From assembly GCA_023213395.1 (NCBI GenBank), contig CM041465.1:229841741-229905740 (forward strand): a stretch of 64,000 nt of DNA, written 5' to 3'. Of this stretch, positions 13,963 to 25,330 are shown one piece after another. The DNA comes from Cycas panzhihuaensis. Its lineage: Eukaryota; Plantae; Cycadophyta. The notes under the pieces were generated by a model. The model saw only the letters and a program-made list of their open reading frames with translations. It made no database searches and was not told where the DNA came from. Positions within the stretch are counted from its first letter, which is position 1. Each line of letters starts with the position of its first letter. The position numbers were made by a program, and so were the translations under genes.

Positions 13963-14445
13963 TGTCACATGCCTAATTCCCCTTAAATAAAAAAAATAAA
14001 GATTTAATTAAAGTGAAGGAGTAAATCACCATTAATCAAGGATTAATTAATTTACTTATGAAAGGACACAATAAAGGAAAGGTCACATCTCTTAAGGACC
14101 AACCACACTATGTATATATTTGGAAGAGGAAGGAGAGAAATGATAAGAAGCTTTGGGAATCTTGTAGAGCAGGAGACTACAGAAGAGACTGGCCATTGTA
14201 TTATTCACCAAAGGAGCATCCAAATTTTGTAAGGTTGTGGGTGAGAGGGGAAAACCTAGTTCTAGTGTGGATAGCATCAAGGATGAGGAGGAAAATCCCT
14301 CATCTAGCATTGGTAGTGTTGTGGGCGAGGGGGAAAAACCCAGCCTAATATGGTGGTGCCAAGCATGTGGGGGAAAAACCCAGTTCAAGCACTAGTGTTG
14401 AGGGTGAGGTGGTTAAACCGTATTCGAGCATGGCTATTTAACATT
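13963..14445 (+). repeat. LTR-like remnant with ~5 imperfect repeats
   Basis: Purine tract AAGGGGAAGAGAAA followed by TGTCACATGCC, a TATA-like TATATTT, and GGG..GGGGAAAA(A)CC repeats at 14236-14435. The right end is uncertain. Confidence 0.4.
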
Positions 14446-16868
14446 GTCTTAGTTCTTCTCCTATTTTGAAACAAACTTGCATTGAAACTCTATAGATATG
14501 TATCATTTACTATATTTTGCAGATGAACTATATGTATAATAAAGAAAGACTATACTTTGATTATAAATCAAAGAAATTGTTTTCTTTCTGCATTCTATTT
14601 TCGCATTTGCATTTATAAATAAGTTCAACAATCAATACATGAATAATAAAAAATAGACTTCTTATCATTTCTCCAAAATTGTTGTCTATTACATTTAAAG
14701 AATTAAAATATATAAACGTACAATAGGGTAAAAAAATTGTTTGGTTTAAAAGAATGTCACACACATCTCTAATCCATTACACTTCCCACCTCACATATAT
14801 GCTCCTACATTACATTCTCTGAGAGAAGCATTTTCTTTAGTAGCTCGTTCAACAACATATCAAGATCAATTTCATGATGATCTTGATGCTTTTTCAATAT
14901 ATGATGATATATTTGATGTATATTATAAAAACTAAATTTGTAATTGAACCATCATGTCATTTTGGCATTTTATGAGTTGGTCTCTTTCGATTATATATTT
15001 TTTATTTTAAATTGCATAGATTGATTATGTACTTTCAATTTTAAAATGAAAATATTTGTTTCAATTATGTATTTTTAGCTTATAAATGTAAATAATTATT
15101 TCAATTTTCTATTTTCTCTTTCAATTAATTTTACATATGTGTGTGTGTGTAGAAAGTGGGGAAGTGTACAGACGTTTTCAAATTTTCAAGAATTTTTGAA
15201 ACTACCATTTCCATGTTTCTCTGTTTCCATTTCCATGTTTCAGACTACTTAGATTTATAGCAATCTTCTCATTTTCTTTGCTTGAAGGAGGCCATATTTG
15301 TTCATTCATGAGAGATTTTTTTTTTCAATATATATGCAACATTGTTTAATGTATCATTGTGTATGTGTTTAATGATTAATCTTAACATCTATTAATTTTT
15401 ATGCTTTTCTTCCTAAAATTGTCAAGCACAAACTTGCAAACCCTATTTTTGGAGATAGGAACCAAGTTCTTTGAATCTTTGAATCCACGAACCTTTGAAT
15501 CCAACCACCTCTATTGATAATCGATTGTGACTTTGCCTAAATCTAGTTCATGAGTTACTAATGGATGTATAGTTATGATATATTCAAGGTAGCATAATAG
15601 AAGTGAGGAATGCATCATGTCCTCCTCTGCCAAGAATGCTAGTCTATTTTTCAGCCATGAAAGTGGGGGGGTGGGGGGGAAGTTGTTGCAAGCAAAAAGA
15701 GAGTATACTTTTAAGGCCACAAATGAAATTCTAGAGCAAATTGTATGAAAGGATTATTCAATTGTTTTCATAGAAGGCTCTCTTTTAAAAAGTCATTAAA
15801 CATTGACCATGTAAATACTTTGTGATCTTAAAAATGGTTATCGAGCCAAGAACTTCTAAAATCTCATATCTCTAGAAAACTAAAATATTTCCTTCCCTCA
15901 AAAGTATGGTCATATCTCATTGCCATATAAAGTGCAAAATATAGAAGCACGAAAGTGAAATATTCTTTTTCCTTGTAAGCATTGGACAATCCATTCCATA
16001 ACTTCAAGCCTATAAGGAAACTTATGGAACCACTAACTCTAAGACAAGCAACTTTTATAGGTCAATTTAAATCTTCCACCTATCAATAAGAATTGAATCC
16101 AATATGAATAGATAAAGAAAGATAGCAATCAGAATTTGAGGGATTACCTTGAAATCTCCAGATGGAACAAACCCTAAGAGTATGCCCTTATTGATCGCCA
16201 TTGCTGTCACAACCCCACCCTAAATGCAAGAACAAATCAAAACCCTAGATTATTAAGCTGCAAAAAACTTAATATATCCACAAATAAAGCCACAAAAAAC
16301 TCCTCAATATTAAGATCAACATGATCACATGCATGAAAATAAAAATAATGGAAATTATTCCTAGTCATCTTGTCAACCTATGTGCCATTATCTTTGAGCC
16401 ATTATTGCATATTCCATTCAATGGTTTTGCATATTTATCTACTCATTATGTCTATAACAAGCATCACATTTATTGTGCTATTATGGACCAAGCTAACGAC
16501 ATTTATCCTCAACAGTTGTATGAGGATTATTTTGATACCTACCTAGGATATTTGAGTGGGGTCCAAAGGCCCCTATTTTGTGGATTGTAATTGAATAATT
16601 TTAATTCTTTTAAAGAATATTGGTAATCCAACAACCAACAAATACATTCAAAACCTACAACATAATGTGTAACAAAAGAGCAACAACATAATATTAGATG
16701 AACACTATAATATATATTCTCTCTCTTTCTAAACGTTAAACAATTCTAATCATTTGAGATGTTTGTCTTGTAAGTGCACTGCATATCAAACAAGAAAAAG
16801 CAATAGGAAATTAACATTTAATTCTTATTTGGCAACTTTTAAAAGAGCATGAACTTGTGTTCCTTTTT

Positions 16869-17225
16869 GAACTCAAGGTATAATCTTTTGTATTCTAAAG
16901 TTTTCTAAGATAAAGTTGAGGGTTATGTGTTCAACCCCTCTTTAATGTATTATTGACACTTGGCTAACATGCACTGGCCTCTTTATGTATACATGATGTA
17001 TTTATATGAGAGTTTCTCTCTCCTCATTAATGCATTGAAGCATTGTCTTCAGATTCATTGAGTACTCTAATAGGGCCAAGGGCTACTGTGGTGAGTTTGT
17101 ATCATTCAAGGAGGAGAGAGTTGGAGTTGGTCTGCATTGCTCGAGCATTCAAGTACAAACTCACAATGGCAACTAGGGGTTTTAAAGCCTCTATTTCACA
17201 AGGATGGTTCCGTTTTTATACATCA
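16869..17225 (+). repeat. Possible Copia solo-LTR remnant
   Basis: Shares the TGTT(C/G)A..CCCCT, GACACTTGGC and TATTTATATGAGAG motifs with the local Copia LTRs. No TSD found. Confidence 0.35.
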
Positions 17226-18894
17226 AATATGTAAGATGCTATGTACAATGACTAATTATAACTCGATATAAGATTCTAATTACAATGAACATAATTGTCT
17301 ATGATTTTGCAACTAACAAAAAGTGGTGTGTAATGTGAGAGCTTGAAGGAAAATAAATGAAAGAGGAAAGAAAAGACTTTCAAGTAAACTCAAACTACAA
17401 TTACAGTATTTGTTGGATTGTATGCATGATCTCACATGCTTTCAACTGAGAACAAATCAATAAAAGGTATGTACAAAATCATAGAATATTAGAAAATTTT
17501 TCATTCATCAAATAAAAACTGAATGAAATGAGATGTCCAATAATGTACAAGAAACATTCCAATAAAAGTGTAAGCAGATTACACTAGCTCACAAAGTTTA
17601 TATGTATTGCTTCTAGTGAAAAGTATATCACAAGGCCTACACACTCAAAGCCTTTGAACTCAATACCCTATAATTGTTTGGGTCAAATTTGGTTCATACA
17701 TACCTAAAATAGTGGAAAATATGCTAATGTGCAATGCAAGGAATGCTCCAACACATGCTAAGGCAATGAACTATGCTAGAAAAAGAGCTTTCAGGGAATG
17801 CACCAAATGCATGTGACAAAGGGACAAACACAGTCCAAGATGATGATGTCAGCCTTGTAGATACAAACATTGTAATAAAATGTAATGATTAATTATGGGT
17901 CATTATGAAAAGGTGTTGTGTTATGTAAAAAAATGGTTGTGACCATGAGACACAACTATTCCTGTGAAAAGGCATGTATTTTTGTATTTGTGAAGCATTC
18001 TCTCACCATGTTAGGTGTGAAAGCCAAGTATTGTGATCTATGGATGTATGACACTCTCATATGGTGATATTGTTTAATAATATTAGAGTTATGTGGAAAT
18101 ATTGTCATACATGTGAATATGTTACTTTCATATTGTGATGATGATGATATGTTGTCATGATGATGCTTTGATGTTTCTATGAGTTGGGATGAATGTATAT
18201 GGATAGAATTGTGACTATGCAGCCAATATGTTGAGAATAACCCTGTAGAGATTATCCAAAAATGGCCCTTGACAAAAGTGCTTCATGGTATCAGGAAGCA
18301 GTTAAAATTGGTTTCATTGCCTAATTCTATTTGTGGAGGGAGTGAGTTAGAGTTTTGCCTTTCAAAACATATGCCCAAAGGCCAAGGAACCTTGGCTGTC
18401 ATTGTAATGGTAGACTGTAACTAAGCCTTCGACAGCCATAAGGCCTCTCAATGTAGCCTTTGAAGGTGGTCAAGCCACCTAAACAACCTTCACCTACGGG
18501 ACTTTCTAAATCTAGTAGCAAAGGGCAATAAGATGGGCAAATGAGAAAAAAATACAATGGGCAAGAAGGATGACTTCCATAAAAAATGAAAAGATTAAGG
18601 GTTGGGCTATTCACAGGTCTAAAGCAAGGGGAGCACAAACACCCCTTGGACTAGAAAATGAAGGAATTAGAGGACCAATGGTATTAACACTAGTCCTAAT
18701 TGGATTTGACACACTTAGCCTGAAGGTTACAACCTTAGTCTCATAATTATTAACGACATAATAGAAAACCATAGAAAAAGACAGAAACTTCAGATGAGGA
18801 AGTGGAAACCCTAAAAGAAGAGAAAACATCAAAGAAAAAGGATGACACTTGAAAGGGAAAAGATGAAACCCTAGTCAAGGAAGAAGAATTAAGT

Positions 18895-20235
18895 GTGGAT
18901 GGTAGTTCGAAGAGCATTAGTGACAACAAGGAGACGGCAAAAGAAGGTCCCTTGCCTTATTGGGAGAACCATTTTATGAGGAAATTGTTTGAGGATACAC
19001 CAACCGATCAATCAACTGAGTCATTTGTGATTGCAACACCATTGGAAGTACAAGTACCATGGTTTGAGAAACCTATCCACTTAAGATCACCCTTTAGAAA
19101 TCCACTATTTGGAAGGGAAAGCCTTGGAGGAGGAAGTTTTCCTAGGACATAGACAAGATCTAGTATAACATTGGAGGAAGTAATGCCACCACCAATGGAG
19201 GTAGAACCACCCATCACCTATGGCAACCATTCCACTAAAAAAGGGAGCTACACCACCTACACCCCCCTAATGGTGGAAGTAATTCCACCCACAATGCCAA
19301 AGAAGCAAGCTACACCACCTGTTTCTCCTGAGATGGCAAATCCTAAGAAGCATGATTTTGGAAAACTAATCTTTGATGATATAATGAATGCAAGAGTGCA
19401 TGTGTATCTATTCCAATACTTGGTGAATGTAAAGAAAATAACTGATAAAGATGAGATTAAAGCAAGATTTGTGTGTTCATTACACGGTGTACCATTAGCA
19501 TGGTACAAGCAATTGGACCTATCAACTAAGATATGGGTAGACATTAAAAAAGAGTTGGAAAAAAGATTCCAAAATTTTTGAAGTAATGAAGCTATGGACA
19601 TTGCACTAAGAGAGATTTGATAAAGACCTGGTAAATCAATGTTGACTTATGCAAGACGAATGAGTATAATAGCCGCCACTATGACAAATGGAGAAAAAAT
19701 AGCATATTACCTCATTAAAAATTACTTTGTCAAAGGATTTAATGAGAAATTGAGGCCATCCATACAAATGCATCCCTTAAAAAACTTTTAAAATGCCTAA
19801 GATTTGGCCCTCAAGTTTAAGAAGCAAATGGGCATTGAATTGGGTTGGCAAGGCCAACTCCTCTTAAGACTATATGACGATATTCATGAATTGAAATGTC
19901 AAAATTACAAGAAACCCTATTTCGAAGTAAAAAAAGTCAGACAAAGCCTCAAAAATAGAATCCCTTCAACAAGAATTTGTGAGGATGAAAATAGAGGTGC
20001 AAAAACCTAGAGAAGATGAAAGAGGAAAGAGGGAAGAAACAGAAGGGAAAGGAGTCTCATTTATAGTGGTGTCATATATATGATGAATATTCCCACTCTA
20101 CAAAAGAACATGACTTTAACCCTAAAATACTATTGCGAGGAAACAAGATAAGTGGTGCCACATATGTGATGTGGACATCCATACAGTTAAAGAATGTTAC
20201 TTTAATCCTTGTGGAAAGAACCATCAGAGTGGAGG
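18895..20235 (+). pseudogene. gag: Element C gag (N-terminal and capsid region)
   Basis: PYWENHF, FGKLIFDD..DEIKARFVCSLHGVPLAWY and KWCHICD, homologous to the gag of A and B. Confidence 0.85.
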
Positions 20236-21476
20236 TGTTAGAATTTATACACAGATTATAGAATAATCAGTGCTTTATTATGAGAGAGGTTCTCTATATA
20301 TACATTTGAGAAATTGTAACCACCATGTGTCTAACTAACACATGGAAGACACTTGTTTATGTTACATAAAGAGGGGTTTCTACATGACCCTTAACTAATC
20401 CTAGATAAAACATTACATTCTGACACCCTTTCTTAATGTTCTATCTATTAAATCCTATTTATCTCTAAGGACTTGAAATTTGTCCTTGCTGAGTGGTTTT
20501 GTCAATATGTTTGCAACTTGCTCATTTGTTGGGCAGTATGTCAGGTCAATTTCTTTATTCTACACTTTTTCTCAAATGAAGTGGTTACGCACTTCAATGT
20601 GCTTTGTTTGAGCATGAAGAACTGAATTGTTGGTTAGTTTGATGGCACTCTGATTATCTCAAAATAGAGTCGTCAATCCTTCTTGTTGTTGATCTAGATT
20701 TGACAGAAGTTGTCTCAACCAGAATGCTTCACATGAGGCACTAATTGCTGCCTTATAATTTGCTTCAGTGGATGAGAGTGCAATTGTAGATTGTTGCTTA
20801 CTACTCCAGGAGATAGTTGCTGATCCAAGGAAGAAGCAATAACCACTTGTTGATCTTCTCTTCTCTTTGTCTCCTACCTAGTTTGAATCACAGTATCCAA
20901 TTTGTTTGTTTGACATCATTCTTGGATGTGTGAGTTTTAGATCAATGGTTCCTTTCAGGTATCTGAGTATCCTTTTAGCAACTTGCCAGTGTCTCATCTT
21001 CAGTTCTTGCATATATCTAGAGACTAGACTTACTAAATATGAGATATCAGGTCTAGTTGCAGTGAGATTGTTGGGACATATTTTGACACATAGGCCTTGA
21101 GGAAGACGGAATACAGGTTGTATTGACCAAAGGAATGCAAGTGAAATCCGTGACGGAGTACGCACAGGCTAAACAGTTGAAGAAATCAGCATTCGGCACG
21201 TATGACAAAAAGGGTGAACGGCAGTGCGTATCACGTAACGCATCAGAGCGGAATGTAATCGAGCCGAAACGATACGTATGACAAGACGGACCGGTGGAGG
21301 CCCGGAAGGCGCCGTGACGTCACGGACCTAAAGAGACATTAGTTAAGTGTATAACTAATGATTAAAGTGAAAGGGTACCTTGGTAACAAAAAGGTATGGT
21401 TATGACTTTGGGTCATGACCTTTCATCCAAAAGGCATCAAAGGGACATATTTAATGGTGCTTTGAGGACCATTCCA

Positions 21477-21572
21477 ATGTGAGAGCCGAGTGATTCAATC
21501 ATATTGTATACTCTCAAGGGTGAGAGCCGAGTTATTCATTCCTATGTCATGTGCTCGAGGGTGAGAGCCGAG
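21477..21572 (+). repeat. Three 41-bp-period GGGTGAGAGCCGAG boxes in the A 5' LTR (two copies in the 3' LTR, 26130-26183)
   Basis: Boxes at 21479, 21518 and 21559, starting ~25 nt after the TATA-like TATTTAA at 21448-21454. Confidence 0.92.
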
Positions 21573-21962
21573 ATCAAGGGTACGCAAAAGTGCGGATGAC
21601 AAGACGTATGATGTACCGAGTGGAGCATGAGTGCATGATAAGTACCATCTGGTACGCATATGTAATGTAGAGGATCAGATGTCGTTGGAATGCTCCTAAC
21701 GCATTCCATTCGTAAATAAACCGTTGAATTAATAAAAGAAGAGTTATGTGGAAATTGGTGCATTCTTGATGTGTGTTGATGATGTGTCAAGTATGTATTG
21801 AATTACATCATTGCGTGTACCATTCTGTGAATTATATATGGAATTATATGTGGAATATATGTGTATAACCATGTTGACAGTGTCCTAAAACTAGACTATA
21901 GCGCTGTGTAACCTTGACAAGTGCACTGATTCCACAAGGGAGTGGAATCTCCAAGTCAACAT

Positions 21963-21975
21963 TGGTTCCGTTGCC
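21963..21975 (+). promoter_or_regulatory. Primer-binding site complementary to the tRNA-Glu 3' end
   Basis: TGGTTCCGTTGCC is the reverse complement of GGCAACGGAACCA, the plant tRNA-Glu acceptor end as recalled. Confidence 0.88.
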
Positions 21976-22095
21976 TACGTCCATTGAGGAGGGACAGGGC
22001 CTAGGGGTTTCAAAGAGAATGTGTAAAGGGCAGAGGACCCTGGCTGCCATCGTGATGGCGGGTCAGAATTAAGCCACAGCCTGTGGGACCTTCCA

Positions 22096-25000
22096 ATGCC
22101 ACCTAAGAGGCCTTCAAGGTCGGAAGAGCCCCAGAAGGATACTTCACCCAAGGAAAAGGAGACTAGTAGACAAAGGGCACTAAGATGGTCAAAGGAGGCA
22201 AAACTCAGAAGGGCGAGGAGACTAAGTTCGCAAAACAACGAGACTAAGGGACAGTCCGTTGAAGGATCTGAGGCAAGTGGAGCCCAGACACCTCAGGAAG
22301 AGGAAACCCATGGCGAACGCATGGTATTGACACCAACCCCTATCAGAGATGATTTGTTTAGCTTGATTGGAAGGAAGCCTAAAGTGGACGAAAACATAAG
22401 GAAATCTTAACAGAGGGAAGTATACCAATGAGGACACTCAAGGACCTAGGTGATGTTGATAAGAAGGCGGAGGAAGGTCCCTCAAGATATTGGGAAAACA
22501 AGCTAACGAGGCTATTTGAAGATTCGACAGAAAAGGGTTCTGATCAATCTTACATTATGGTAACACCATTGACAATACAAGTTCCAGGTGTAGTGGAACC
22601 TATACATATAAAAACTCCGTTCAAAAATCCGTTGTTTGGAAAGGATACGACAGCAGTAGTCACTCCCAGTACATCCCCAAAGGACGGAGGAGGGGAAAGA
22701 TCACCATCAGGGGGGGAACGGTTGCAATCTCCCAAGATGGACGACCATAGAGATTTCGGAAATTAATCTTCAATGATACTTGACGCAGCAGAGCATGTGT
22801 ATTTGTTTCGTAATCTCATTGATGTTAGAAAACTAACGGAGGCAGATGAGATTAAAGCACGCTACCAGTACATTGAGAGGTGTACCCTTGGCTTGGTATA
22901 AGGAAGCGAACAAAAATGAGCCATGGGCAAAGATGAAGAAAGCGTCAAGAGAGATTCCAAAAGTTTCGCAGAATGAAGTCGGAAATCGCATTAGAAATCG
23001 TGCAGAGGTCGGGAATCATCCTAACTTACATTACTACAATCAACATTATTCCCCCAACTATCATCAATCACACAATTACCCATCATAACATCAACAATTA
23101 CTTCGAGAGGGCTAAATGAGAAGTTGAGCCATGATGCATGCTCATCCACGAAATGATTGAAGAATGGTGAGGAGTTGGGATTGGATTTGGAGATGGAAAT
23201 GGATGCTCGTGGGGACAAGATTCCTTCCGCTAAGATTGGAAGATGAGATTAGAGAGTCGAGACGTAATCAAGATAATCGACCCTTCCGCCAAAGTTGGAG
23301 TAAGGTAAGAGGAGTCTCAATTAGAGGCACCGAGGAAAGAAGTAGCCCTATTGAAAATCGAAATAATCGGGAAGAAGAAGAGACACCAAAGAAGAAAGAG
23401 CACACGGAAGGGTGACCAAGTGGTGCCATATTTGTGAAGAAAACTCACATACCACCCGGAATGTGAATTGAACTTAAAAACAATGTGACGCACCAATGTG
23501 AGAAGTGGTGCCACATATGTGAGGTGGATACCCACACAACTAGGGATTGCTTCTACAATTCCAGAGGAATATCATTCAGAGGTCGAGGTGGGAAGAGGCA
23601 ACCCACCTGCAACGTGTATACAACGAGGGTGCACCGTAACCCTCGAGGAAGAGACAATGATGGGGAGATGCCTCATTCGCCACTGATTCGGACATCGAAG
23701 TCCGAATGCCCGATGAAGCCGGAATACGAACAAAAGCCGTCAGATGTGGTAAATCAGGCCAAGTGACCACAAAATGTAAGATTGCAAGGGTAAAGCCAAA
23801 GCAACAAACTTAATGACGATCGTGTTTAAACAAAAATGTGAAATTGCGTAATAAGCGAAAGAGAAAGTGGATGAAGAATACCCACATCCCCAACCGAATT
23901 GGATCGGTACAAGAAAGCAAAACAAGTGTTGGACGGTTTAATCCAGAGGAAAATATACCGCCAATGGGTAAGCCGTAAACAAAAAATGTGTACGCTCGAA
24001 AAACAAACAAAAGAGCCGGAGAAACTACTAGAAGAATCAACTAAAACCCCAAATGGTGCAAATGGAGGAGTTATTCAAAGGATTACCAGCCGAAGATATT
24101 CCCCGAATGTTGGTACTAATGGAGAATTTAGTAAAGCAGTTGCAGTTGACCATTCCTCTGTCTCAGGTGATTGATTGGATTAAAGGAGGTGTGTTGCAAA
24201 GAGGAATTACCAAAAGTTTGAAACAAATTATACCATCATTCGACATGGATCCAATGGTAACCATGTCCGTATTGGGAGAAACATTTCCTCGAGTTATCGT
24301 TGATGGGGGAGCAGCTGTGAATGTACTGCCCACCTCGACATGGCGGAAGTTGGGAAGCCCGAAGTTGGAAGCAGCGACTTATTCGCTGAAGTTGGCTAAT
24401 GAACTACTAGTACGACCCATGGGGAAACTGACCAACACCAAGGTGGATGTGGCAGGAATTGTCGTAAAGATCGATTTTACGATTGTGGAAACGGAGAAAG
24501 GTGCAACTCCTATCCACTTTATTGGGGAGACCATGGCTATACAAAACCCAATGTCTCCAAAGTTGACAGACGTAACCTTCACCTTGTCAGATGAAGGAAA
24601 TAAAGTAGTATTACCAATGTTGGGGAAGAACTCCATTGAGGTGATACCTGACAACGGATCAAGTACAACCGTTGTAAGGGAAGCAACAACTTCTTCATGT
24701 GACAAAGAAAACCTCTATCATACTGCGGAGAAGCCTACAACATCGACCCATTACCAGAAAGAAGAACCGACCTATTTTGGAGAAATTTACAATTCTTCAG
24801 ATGATGAAAACGAGATGAGATTTGTGGACTATTGGCTACGGGACGATTCTGAAGTCAACCCCTCATCCTATAGATGTAACCTACTTTCTTGGAATGTGAC
24901 CAAAACAGTTGCCACTCCAGAAGATAGAAATCATGGAGAATATGTTGGAAATTATGTAAAGCCCTTTTATGGAAAACCACTAGGTGGAATTTCCCATTTG

Positions 25001-25330
25001 AGACATTGTAGAGAACGTTGGTTAGGAGAAGACCAATTAAGGAATCATAAGAAGAAATCGACAAAGCATACCACACCAAGGAAAAGGCGGAAAAGGACAA
25101 GGCACGACCGCCACGACAAGACATCATATTTCAAGAAGGGTGATCGAGTATGGCGATTCGACAACAAATCCCAAACGACCCAAGGAGAATGGAAGATGCA
25201 TTGGAAAGGCCCATACAGGATTGAGAAAGTGTACCATAATGGCACTATCGAGTTGAAAAACTCTCACGCCACTTATTCCCTGAAATGGTCAAGGGTAGTA
25301 AACTGAAACCCTATATCAACTAGGGTGGAA
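22096..25330 (+). pseudogene. gag: Element A gag, aspartic protease and integrase C-terminal GPY/F module
   Basis: Start MPPKRPSRS, then LRGVPLAWY, KWCHICEVDTHTTRDC, PR VIVDGGAAVNVLP and FKKGDRVW..WKGPYRIEKV. No RT motif lies between them. Confidence 0.88.

Noticed and set aside
15170-15252. Possible DNA-transposon terminus (GTTTCC repeats ending CTACTTAG)
   Set aside because: No partner TIR, TSD or transposase was found.
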